This document shows, one piece after another, positions 53,039 to 64,000 of a stretch of 64,000 bases of DNA. Under the pieces are notes generated by a model. The model did not search any database. It worked only from the letters and a program-made list of their open reading frames with translations, and was not told the DNA's origin. Numbering within the stretch: position 1 is the first letter of the stretch; each line of letters begins with the position of its first letter. The position numbers and the translations under genes are program-made. Source of the stretch: Lepidodermella squamata (taxonomy: Eukaryota; Animalia; Gastrotricha); assembly GCA_047495785.1 (NCBI GenBank), contig JBLDXI010000025.1, positions 682,001 through 746,000 on the forward strand. The letters run 5' to 3'.

Positions 53039-55529
53039 ATGAACAAGTGCAATTCACAATTTTCAGCTTTGAAAATGAGGCACGTTGTTGAGGCTTGTGT
53101 CCTCTTCCTTTCCTTACAAGTGGCTTTTTCAAGTTTAGAGACAACAAAGCCGTTCAACCTGCTGATGTTTGGCACGGCTACCTACACGGGCTCGGAACCG
53201 AGGGATGGCAGAATTTGCCAAGCAGCTATGCAAGTCGCGGTTAACCACGTGAATAATCGTTACGATATTCTACCGGACTACAAAATTGCGATGGAATTCA
53301 AGGACGAAGGTTTAAACGCTCAAAAAGCTTCAAGGGCTTATATCGAGTTCTACGACACAGCTATCACCAAAGTCCATCGAGATGTGACGAAGACCTCGTT
53401 CCTAGCTCCAGCTGTTATAGGAACAGCTGTAGCTTGTGACAGCATTTCAAGGCTAGCTAACCTCTTCAACATGGTCCAGTTCACTCCGGGTTGTAGCGGA
53501 CCCCTCTTCACGGCTCTAAGGGGTATCTATCCTAATCTCTATAGGAATAGGATTCCTTCAGATACACAGAATCGGCCGCTTCAAATCTTTTTCGTCAAGG
53601 GAGGCTGGGGTTGGAAAGAAATCGGAGTTCCAGATTTCTTCACTAATAATTACGTAGATAACAACATGCTCTACGATACAATTTTTCGATCTAACGGCGT
53701 AACTTTGTTAGATCAACCTAATTTAGCCGATTTGACTGAACAGGCTGTTCAAACCGTGTCTAACACGAAAGCAAGGATCCTTCTACTCGCAGGTTCGGCT
53801 AATATCAATTCGTTAGATTCATTTGTATGGGCTATAAATACGGGATAAAAGCACCGTTCTATGTTTTCCTCACGGCGGCGTCGAATTTCATCGACCCTGA
53901 GGCAAGCGACCTAAAGCCGCCCTCTGGTTGCACGCGGCAAATTATCGCTGATCAAATACGAATAACCTTCTGGTCCGGGGTGTTCGACTTCGCGATAGAG
54001 CCGCACGGAAACACGACACTTGGGTTCGATGAGAAGGGGTTTGATTTACTTCTCGATAATTTGACTAATTCATCCAGGTCGCCTGACTACGTCAGGCGCC
54101 ACAGATGCTTCGACACTATGCTGCAGACAATCTTATCCCTTGATTCTGCTGAAAGGAAACTCAATTCTCGATACAATAAATCCCTGAGAGATTTCGAGAA
54201 TGATCCTCAACTTATCTTGAAGGCTGTGAATGAAAGTGCGGCAGAGACTGATATTATCGGTCTGAGGATAGGGCGTATCAAATATTCGGAACGTCTAGAG
54301 CTGGATAACGAGCCTCAGTATCTAACTCAGTTCTTGAATGGCAAACATCGGGTGATTTACAAAGTTGTATTCAGCGGGTCAGACTTCAGCCAAGCGGGAG
54401 ATTTGAATAAATTCTCGGTCGAGAAGGTAAACGAGCCTATTTGGGTGACTTCTGATGGCCGCCCGCCCAAGGATTTGTCGAAAACCATTGAGCTATTTGA
54501 ACTTATCCCTATTGAGGCTGGAGGTATTTGTATAGCTCTGGTCGTTATCTCAACCACATTCCTATTATCAATCTGCATCCTTAGTGCTAGAAGATGCACG
54601 GTATCCACACGATTAGGCGCTAGATGGCTGATGGCAGTGGATTTTCTAATAATTTTAGGATGCTTGCTCGCTAATGCGTCATCTTTATTGTATCTTTTCG
54701 GACCATTTGATATATCAGCGAGTTCTGACGTGATTTGCAACTTGCAAGCTCTTACAGCTGTCTCAAGTTCAGGTAAGAATTTTCAACTTTATTATGGCTG
54801 GTTTTTGATAACAACTCATTAGGGCTACTGGTTGGGGCGATATGGCTTCATATAGTTGGGATCATGCGGAAAATGTACGACTTTGAGATGTACTTGAAGG
54901 ATAAGCGGCGCATCATTGATAAAGAGCGATTTAAAGAAAATCAACATGATGCCGTGGTCAATGCAGCTCCAATAGCTATTCCAAGACTCCATGGCTATCA
55001 AAAGCTTGCGGAGAGGAAGCGAAAAGCCCTTATCGGGATGTTAGGGTTTCTAGCTTTTGATTTTGCTATCTGGCTCGGCTTTTACTTCCGTGACGCCCAA
55101 ACTTCCATAGAATATCAGTCGAGGACATGGTTCGACATTGAAAGAAATTCCTACATCAAATCAACTAAGTTAGCCTGTAAATCTGAGTATCTTTCAATAT
55201 GGGCGACTATTCTTGCCGGGGCTCATTCGTGCATCATGCTATGGAGTGTTATTTTGGTGTTAGAAGTTCGACAGAAGCTCATGATAGGCAACTTCAAGCG
55301 CGAGTTCCTATCCATAAGACTGGCAAGTGTGTTTGGATTCTCATCATTCTCTGCAGTTCTATTTCTGGTCGGTGTCATTCCTGGCGAGAGAATCGCTTTG
55401 AAACAAATAATTATGGCTTTTGGAGCGTTTCTTTTCGTCGGAAACTCGGTCTCGATCAGCCTTTTGATTCCGTTATGGACGCGAATCGATCTAATGAAGA
55501 AACTAATTTCCTCAGATGCTATTGCTTAA
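53039..55529 (+). pseudogene. GABA-B-like GPCR copy D with one frameshift near 53820 (intron 54773-54822)
   Basis: AMQVAVNHVNNRYDILPDYKI VFT start, YPNLYRNRIPS, IWVTSDGRPPKD, 7 TM; ORFs 53039 and 53827 overlap out of frame with no room for an intron. Confidence 0.75.
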
Positions 55530-55650
55530 GGGGGTTTCAAAATGATTCAACAATCGAATCCATGAACTTTAATGTAATTGTCTATGATAAAAAAATCAAT
55601 CTAACTTTAATTTTCCATCTTTCATCTGCAAATGTTGTTGTTTTTAAGGT

Positions 55651-57029
55651 TCACAATTCCGGTTCTTGGACGTTTTCCAAGCTCAGAATTGCTAATGTTG
55701 AAGTACAACAATTGTCGTAGCGTTTAACAGTAGTGGCCCATCTGAGGCCCATCCCGCCGAAACACTGGCGGACGGCGAACAAGGCATCCTCCATAGCCCG
55801 AATGCGGTCAGAAATGGCGATGCCGTCTCCATGAAAATGCTTCGAGAGCATAAAATTCAATGCCATCATCAGCCGTTTGTGGATTCGAGCGGATTTCGGC
55901 ATGGTTTCAGGATCGCCTAAGAATACAAAAGGTTACACAAAATTGTTTTCGTGAATGAAAGTTACGTCAGCATACCATCGAAAAGCAAGAGTCCGAACAG
56001 TATTGTAGCCTCAACGAAAGTTGGGTTCCACTTTCCCAATATCTCTTGCAGATAGGCATTTTTAGTGAAAAATTCTTCGGCTGCAGCGAAATTCCACATC
56101 AACTGGTTTGCAAAGTTGATGCTTGCACCGAAAATGGTTTGCCGGCACGAATCTTGTTGATTGGGTAGGCAGAGGTACAAAAAAGGTGCATTGGATACGA
56201 AATTGATGACAATTTGGCTTATTTCAGATTTTGGGATCTTTTGAGTTCCTGTTGATCGAGATTCACAGTAATTTCATCAGGGGAAAAATTAACACTGATT
56301 AATACCTATCAAGAATTTGCAGTAGCTCAGCGATGTGTCGACAACCGTCTGCAGATGGAAGTCTTGCTGGTATACTAGTGTTTCTCGATCAAAGCACTCT
56401 GAATCTAAATATTTAAGCGGCATCTGAAATATCACAACTATAGTAGCTGGTACAAGTGCAAGGCATTTTCAATTTACAGAGCTCATAGGATGCAGATATG
56501 TGAAAGCTTCGGCAACTTTGCGCAGTAAAGCTTCCACAGCAACGCCATCGTAAACTGGCGGCGATTTGTTCAGCTTTGATGCCTTCGATGGCCGACCAGT
56601 TGCCAAGCCTACAACAAAAGGGAAATTATATCTTCATTCAACATCTCATCGTTCATATTTCATATGTGGGGAAATAAAGACTTCGGAAGAGGTGGAAGCA
56701 TTAGATAAAGGAGGTAAATTTTGTTTCTTCTTACTAACCGAGACCCATGCCGACAGCCAAACATCGATCCAAGCGGCAGCGGTTGCAGCATCGCCTCATT
56801 TTCCCACCTACGTAGCATTTCCCGGAACCGTCGACGCAACTAAGACTTTCCGCTTTTGAATTATGCCGCCTGAAAAATTTCTAAATTTCCAGTTAAGGCT
56901 ACCATTTTCCGACATGTGCTACAGTAATACCTGGCATGCTTCACAATTTTTCGGCTGGTATTTTCGGCGCGGAGTTACGCGCTCGCCGCATACTTTGCAG
57001 TTAACGACTTCACGAAACAGAGAATCCAT
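55651..57029 (-). CDS. Divergent nuclear hormone receptor NHR-b (multi-exon)
   Basis: Manual splice: MDSLFREVVNCKVCGERVTPRRKYQPKNCEACQ|KFFRRHN...C...C...CNRCRLDRCLAVGM; LBD WNPTFVEATILFGLLLFD. Confidence 0.85.
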
Positions 57030-57943
57030 GTTTTCTCGAAAAAACAAAACTTAGTACAAACAACATGAATGTTTCTTATTCTATATCTCGCAAAACTCCT
57101 TATCAGTTGCTGGCAAATGTGATTGGCCAGCTAGCGACAACAGCTTGTGCATTGCCTTCTCTTATCAGTCTGGTTCACTTGACTCCGAGGTACTTGAGTC
57201 GCTATCTCCCGTCTCATAGCGGAATAAAACGTGGGCATAAACCACTAATAATTGTGTACCTATTATTTATCACGGGATAAATTTAGAAGAATGGAAATAG
57301 ACACGGTCTCAAATACACGTTCATGTGCTTCTGTTGTGGAGAAGGCCTCAACGCAGGCAACAAGATCGATATCAAAAATTTGGCGAACATGCATGATTAA
57401 TGCATCAAATCGTATAATTATTGATAGAATTCTACGTGAATATTGCTCTCGTTGATGAGGGAATTATTTAGATTTGACCTGGATCGGTCACCCAGACCAG
57501 CGGTTCGCAAAGTGGCGCACCCGTGTGCATTGGCGCATTTCGAAATATCGTTTCCGCACGCATGCGATTGTCAAATCCTGATCATTCCAGGCAAAAACGG
57601 CATTATTCCGATCGTTGTGAATTCTGCATAAATTAAGGGTTGTTTGAGAAATCGGATCAGCAATCAGTTTGACTGGCGCAAGTTTAGTTGAGATGATATT
57701 CTCATTACGCGATATCTCACTCGGTTTGTGAGAGCCTAGTAACAGGGGTGGGCATTTTTGAAAACTGATGAGACATCAGCACTCGCCTGGAATCGACACA
57801 TATTCGAAAGTAATTAAAGCATTAATACCTCCTTATCTTGCCAACACCTTGCATCACGCACGCTGATAAGTCTTATCTATCCATCTTTTTACGCCCAAGT
57901 AGGGGTAGCTAGTGCCACTTCCGACCTCAACAAAACTCTAATA

Positions 57944-59264
57944 ATGAGCTCGCCCTCTTCGTCAGCATGCTCAATCAGCGGAGACTCGAATTCAAGCGCT
58001 GTGACATCGTCAACTTCAGCTAATTTTACTCTATGTAAAGTATGCGGTGAGTTTGTTGCCAGGCGGAAAACTTATCAGCCGAAGAAGTGTCATGCCTGCC
58101 AGGTAATTGCTCTAATAACTTGAAACTCTCATTGCTGAACAAGCTTTCAAAACAGAAATTCTTCCGGCGCTACTTGCACAAAGCCGACAAGCTTGTATGT
58201 TCGAAAGGCAAAAATAACTGCCTTGTCACTGGTTCGCTGCGAAACGATTGTTACAAATGCCGGTTGCAGCGATGCCTCGATATAGGAATGGGCAAAAGCA
58301 AAGGTATTTATCAAAGTTTCGAGCCCCGCTTAATCATGTTTTACTACAGCAATAGCGAAAATGGAGGTGAAAAATGCTTTGGTGAGCAGAGAACCAGTCA
58401 TTTTCGACGGAGTTGCGGTAGAAGAAACGTTGAGAACAGCATTGGAAGCCTTTACCTACCTTCACCCCTTGAACAACGTAAGCTACTTCAAAAGTTATAG
58501 AGCCACCATTCTCAAAGATGAGGCTTCCAGTTGCCAAGCAAAACTGCTCAGATTTGGTCTGTCGAAGACGCAGTCGCGGTAGTTGATTACCATCTAGATG
58601 GCCTCATGGAAGTTTCCAGCGCTTATTGCCAATTCTTCACAGGTATTTCTCCAGCTGATTGATGAAAGATCAATTTGGTTCAATGCTTCTTCATAGGACG
58701 AGTTAGGATTCCAGAGGATGAATTATGGCAGCTGAAAGTCAATTTCACTCTCCTGGCCCCTGTTTTGTTTTTTGGCTTGCCTAATCAGAAAAATGCTGAA
58801 AATTCAATGCCGACTCTTCTTGGACTTGGAGATTCGGTTATTAGAAACACTTCATACATTTGCAACGAAACTTTCGATTTTCTAACCATGAGTGATGCGA
58901 TTGAACAGCACCTAGGTAACTGGAATCCTACGTTCGTCGAGGCAGCTGTGCTATTTTGTTTAACTCTTCTTGATGGTAAGAGCTTTCCCGGTTTGCGAAT
59001 CTCACTAATACTCTATTTATGATAGGCGAGGCAACTCTAATGCCTAAAAGCTCCAGGTTGAAGAATCAACTTCTCACTGCTCTCAACTTCACGTTAGCTC
59101 GCGAGTTCAATGGAGACTCGGCCATGATCGCAAATCGAATGCGAGCGCTGGATCACAGCATCAAGCTCGCTCAGAAATGTTTTGGTCGGCATGCTTCGAA
59201 ATGGCTCACGAGCTTGGGCCATGACTGCCAAGGCTTTATATACATACCAAGCTCCTGGAGTTAA
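57944..59264 (+). CDS. Divergent nuclear hormone receptor NHR-c (multi-exon), head-to-head with NHR-b
   Basis: CKVCGEFVARRKTYQPKKCHACQ|KFFRR...CSKGKNNC...CYKCRLQRCLDIGM; LBD WNPTFVEAAVLFCLTLLD; intron positions shared with NHR-b. Confidence 0.85.
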
Positions 59265-59361
59265 TAAATTAAATTATGAACAGCTTTTAATAAATGAAAC
59301 TGTTAGGAGCCAGTTTTGTGGACAATTGAATGTCCTTAGCGTTTTCATGTAGTCCAGCAAA

Positions 59362-61071
59362 TCAAGCGGCCAAGATTTCATCAATCCAGGTACGAACGGA
59401 GCAAACCTGTGTTTAAAACCACGAAAGTAACACTATGAAATTGCTCAGATTTAACGAAAATACCCTCGCGAATACGCCGTAACTTCCTGCGCGTGCGCAG
59501 CCATTGCTGAAACTTGTGACGCCGCAAATCGTGTAGGCCCCATTAACAATTGCCATCAAAGGACCACCCTCATCGCCAGAGCAGGTGCCAACACCTAATG
59601 TGAAATGGTTTCATGAATTCGAGAAACTTTCTCGGGCATTGGCAAATTTTTCAGGTGCCTCGTGCCTCGCAAGAGAGACAAGGCATGCAATCATATAACA
59701 ATTATGATATATGAATATGAACTCACCACCGCCACTCCAGCCTATTTGTGAAAAGAGAGATTTTTTCAGTTATGCCATTCGATATTAAAGATTATACAAA
59801 CCGGCACACATCATCCGATCCGTAATTTGAGTCACCGTTGAAGCATACTGCTGCTTACACTCGTCCTTGTCAGCAACTTTCACATAGCCATTCTGCTGAT
59901 ATTGCACGGGACTGTCCCCATCTTAAAAGGAGAACAGCAGCGTTTTGTTTGAGAAGCTAATTTTATGCTCAAAAGTTTCCTACTTTCAGAAATCGATCCC
60001 CAGCCGGACAAGTAAACCGTACTGCCAGTATTGCAAGCCGCAGTACTACAGTCTGCTGCCGGTAGGCAAATTTGCTGCGTCCGCCAGTTGTCAGTGAAAA
60101 CGAGTTCGGCTTTCAAATTATTGAAAAATGTCATGAATAGTCAAATGAAATAGAACCAAGATGAAGTAATCCTGAAACTTACTCTGAACTTTAAGAATTG
60201 CGAGATCAAAATCGTTGGTTGCTTCCCTGCGATGGAGAGGAGAAAGTAGGTTACACATTTAGCATTCCCGATTGACTTACACGTAGTTCGGGTTTATCGT
60301 GACTTCCGAAACAACGCGCTGATATTCGCCAGTGTCAGTATTCACTGTATCCCAATCGGCAAAAATAGCTGTGATGTCTCTAATTGTTCGCTCAATTTAA
60401 CAATTATTATTCTTCTAGATACAAAATCTTACGTAGGCGATTTTGCGTATCTGAAATTAATTTGAACCTAATTACAGAACTGGACTGTGACTGAAAAAAC
60501 GTACTTGGCGCATTTCGCCGACGTGAGCAAATACCTAAGTAAACGAATTAAAGACTTGATTATCGATGTTACTGGGATAACCAACTGGGTGTCGATTATC
60601 GAAGCTGAGCAAGTTCGGATGATAGTTCCGTTGAGGATCTTCAGTCGGACGATCCTATCGATATTCGTAAATAGGACGAATTGGTAACATATCATTCAAC
60701 TAACCAGGGATATCTAGCAAGAAGACACATCATTGTCATGAAATTTAGTCAATGAAATCTTACTGATTTGGTAAAGTAGTGGTTCCACCAATAACAGCGG
60801 TGCCCGGCTTATTGTCAGCATTGTAGTACAACGTGTTCCCACATTCGCCGGCTATTGCAGTCGGCAGTGGTGAGGTCCTACGTTGGTCCGGCGGTTGTGA
60901 AGTGGTCAAACTAGTTTTTGCAGTCGTGCCTGGAGCTGCTGTGGTCGTTGAAACGGTTGCTGGGGGTGAATTGGACGAATCCGGCTGACAGCATAGACTT
61001 AATCTGCCTGCAACAGCTAGAAAAAGGAACCATATCAATGTTTGACGGAGAAAATCGCAAATTTTTAGCAT
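59362..61071 (-). CDS. Trypsin-fold (S1A) serine protease homologue, catalytically inactive, with Thr-rich pro-region
   Basis: Spliced motifs CG...VIGG, YPWIV, LTSAKC (His->Lys), DLAILK, ICLP, SGWG, MMCAG, TCSGDEGGPL (Ser->Glu), VRTWIDEI. Confidence 0.85.
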
Positions 61072-61457
61072 TATGATTGCAACCAAATTGAGTCAACAAA
61101 ATTATTGAGCGCAGATAACACTCTTTGAAGTTTTGTTGTTGAAGTGCTGACGAGAGCGTCAACACATTAACATAAATACGCAACAAGCTGAGCCGTGACC
61201 TAGCTCGAGCGCAACTAGACCAATAAACTAATTGACTTCACAATTGAACAATGAAGACACAATAGCTCTCGAGCGTGAAAATACGCATGTTTAACTTTGA
61301 ATATTGGCCTAAAAATGTTGTCCACCATCTAATCACGTTCCCAGCAATTTCTCCAGCACTATCCAACACCAAGTGAGTTACAAAGGATCGAATGATGTTG
61401 GATCAGCTTTCATCATTCAGTTCAGCCAGCACGCTACTTCGTATCCGGAGCATTTAA

Positions 61458-62195
61458 CCCTTTCTTGGCGGAATTTTTTATCTGCGAGAGAAACAATATA
61501 TGACGGCAGTTCCAGGGGGCTTCGATGCCCTGATCCCGATTTTGAAATCCGTTTGTGTTTATCTATCACCGTTAAGGCTGTACAAAAAACCACCGAAATC
61601 GTCCCACTCGAAAAGCTGATTTAAGGCGATTTTTCGAAAGCCCTGATTTCTGTGTCAGATGCCTTAAGCTTCTGAATTTTGAATTTCTGATTATAAATTA
61701 CTCACATTAATGTCCCTAAGATTCTCCCTCACTTATATCACCGAAAAAATTATGTCTAAAAAAGTTTTGGAGGCTCAGCATTTAGATCTAAATTCAGCCT
61801 TTTAAGCTTTCCTTCAAGTTTTTTGCAGCACAAAAATCCCGCTCTCCCCTGTATAAGTCTGGGCTGATAAAAAGAATTCGCCGGTTTGATTTCATTTTAT
61901 TAGCCTCGTCATTTTTAATTACCAACTCGGAAAAATTTACAGAGAGTATGACGAACACGGCTCGAAAAATGATCAGAACCCTACGAAATTTCAAGTTGAA
62001 AAAAATCGAATTTCAATCTCATGTTGACTCATGTCCGACCATGCAAGATAACGGATAACGGTGTCCTGATCTCAAAGCCTTGTAGCCATCATCGAAAAGC
62101 AATATTCCTCAAAAGGGTGATCAAGAATTCAAATTCAATGTTCTACGGAATTTCCAAGTCGAAATTCCGATGATGTCATTCCCGCCGTGAACGGG
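61458..62195. mobile_element. Degenerate piggyBac-like MITE
   Basis: TTAA|CCCTTTCTTGGCGG ... CCGCCGTGAACGGG|TTAC. Confidence 0.45.
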
Positions 62196-62312
62196 TTACA
62201 CACCTTTTCGAACAATCCCACTTGTTTACAAGCCAGACAATAGATCGTAGTTTTATTTCGCTCAATCTGTATACCTATCCACTATAGATCTATTAGATCT
62301 CAATTCCTAGTG

Positions 62313-62597
62313 TCATTCGAAATTTCGTAGTTCTCGCTTTTGGTTGTAGCTTGGCCTGTAGCAAGAACATTCACGGCGTTGGAAGTCAGCGATCCATAGC
62401 TCACAGCCTGAATTCGATCTCGGTGCATTGCCGGTTCGCAGCGATCTCCTCGAGCCGATTTTCCATCCACAGCTATGCTTGATCACCCGGCACAGGTCAA
62501 AGCACGATCGGCCATTTGGCCAGGTCTCCTCGGCTAGGCAGCAACACAATACAAGAGCTAAGCAAGCTACAGATAACGCCACTGGAAATCGTGTCAT
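62313..62597 (-). CDS. Secreted 6-Cys peptide 1 (CSab/macin-like)
   Basis: Signal peptide MTRFPVALSVACLALVLCCCLA; mature CFDLCRVIKHSC...CELWIADFQRRECSC; paralog at 63313. Confidence 0.75.
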   Translation of the reverse strand: MTRFPVALSVACLALVLCCCLAEETWPNGRSCFDLCRVIKHSCGWKIGSRRSLRTGNAPRSNSGCELWIADFQRRECSCYRPSYNQKRELRNFE

Positions 62598-63312
62598 AAT
62601 TATTGTGCTAGAAGCAGTGAAATTAAAAAATGGACCGGCCGAGAATCGCACCGAAGACACCCATCATCATCAGGCCGGATATTGCGGGCCGAAATTGCGT
62701 GGACATATTTAGCTGTGATTGATGAGTCATCTCAGTTGTTTGTTTGTCTTTAACGTGTGGTTTTATTGTCCACACATCGATCGATATTAAAATGATTGCT
62801 ATGCATAGAAGCCGTTCGCGTCGTGTCGCGTCCGTGCGCTTTGGCGCAATTTGAAAACAAGGTTGTCTGTCACTTGAGTGCGGATGACTAGCGCAGGCGG
62901 TCTGAAACAATCCACCCCTGAATAATCAATCACACCCCACCAATGTCTTAGTATGAACTACAAAGACATTAAAAGAGTAGGTCAGAATTTTCGTTACCAT
63001 AGATCATAGACAACATGCATTTATTTAGCCAAAAATGTTCTCAACGCCTATCATGTCATTTCTCGTGTCAGCTGAGAATTTCAACTGGGTACGAGATATC
63101 TCCTCATCATCCTCATTATGAAGGCCCACCAGCGCATGACAAAACGAGCAAAAACATCCAAGAACTGACCTCATTTTTCTGATTTCAACTTCCAACCAAG
63201 TTTTGTAATTTTAAGCTTTAATACGACACGACATGGGCGATAAATTGAACTGATTCGAACAGTTTCATGCCTCTTTTAAACGAAAGATAGAACAAATTTT
63301 CCAAGTCCCTTG

Positions 63313-63603
63313 TTAAGCCGTAAAAATATCGAACAGTTTTTTCGAGCTGGACGTTCTCGGGCAAGAGCATTGCCGCCGCTGCAGATCCGTTGTCCAGATA
63401 TCGCAGTTTGAGAATCCTGTGCTCGCGCCCAGCTGCACGTGGCTGTTTCGGTAGGCCGAGTAGCTCAGCCATTTGCAGCGGTCGCGCACCAGCCGGCATA
63501 GATCTCTGCAGTTGTACCAAGTTAGCGATGGTTCAGATGAGATACCAGGGATGAGATGGACGATGGTAAGGAATGTGACGGCTGTCAGCAAAATCGGCCT
63601 CAT
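63313..63603 (-). CDS. Secreted 6-Cys peptide 2 (CSab/macin-like)
   Basis: Signal peptide MRPILLTAVTFLTIVHLIPGISS; mature WYNCRDLCRLVRDRC...CDIWTTDLQRRQCSC. Confidence 0.78.
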   Translation of the reverse strand: MRPILLTAVTFLTIVHLIPGISSEPSLTWYNCRDLCRLVRDRCKWLSYSAYRNSHVQLGASTGFSNCDIWTTDLQRRQCSCPRTSSSKKLFDIFTA

Positions 63604-64000
63604 TTCAAAAACTGAAAATTTTATGATAATAAAGCACAGCTAAATGTCTCTCAAAACTGAAATAGCTGAATGTCGTAGAAATTAATCCGCAACTATACAA
63701 AATCAATGAAAATTGCCTGATCAAATTGTTTGGCAATCAGACTTACGCTGAATTAGAAATAGTATATTTATTCCCTCTTAAGAAGCCTTAGCCGGACAGT
63801 AGACGGGGCACTTGTAGGCGTAATCACTATGCCGGCCCTAGAATACGTAAATGTTATCTATTTGCCGTTATCCGGTACAATTTTGATGTGAAGCAAATCA
63901 GGAAATCGCGTGGCCACAGCCCAGATTATTTACTGAATATAGACATTGCTCGGCCTGAAAAAATGGCTAAATTTCACCAGTGAAGCCTTCACAGTCTCAT

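Noticed and set aside
1-64000. Reading split ORFs as prokaryotic operons, programmed frameshifts or an alternative genetic code
   Set aside because: Most breaks are explained by canonical in-frame GT-AG introns; long ORFs read cleanly in the standard code

Overview
Eukaryotic (invertebrate animal-type) genomic DNA with many compact ~50-60 nt GT-AG introns; no prokaryotic operon, rRNA, tRNA or CRISPR signal was seen. The window is dominated by a birth-and-death cluster of very divergent GABA-B-like class C GPCRs (Venus flytrap + 7TM, no Cys-rich domain) in four subfamilies, here called A-D. There are four apparently intact copies plus one lacking the ECL2 Cys, two single-frameshift copies, one MITE-interrupted copy, a partial copy at the window start and several relics. 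Interleaved are three divergent nuclear receptors with an unusual CxACQKFFRR P-box, a 4x LamG-like membrane protein, a catalytically dead micro-exon-rich trypsin homologue and two paralogous secreted 6-Cys peptides. The 5.5-24 kb region is rich in transposons. It includes a 5.3 kb unclassified TIR element (TA TSD) carrying decayed spliced PB1-like and KH-like/Zn/BEN-like ORFs, with a CACTA/EnSpm-type element nested in a putative intron, plus many MITEs with clear TSDs and a truncated RTE LINE. All family and domain calls are by eye, not by database search.
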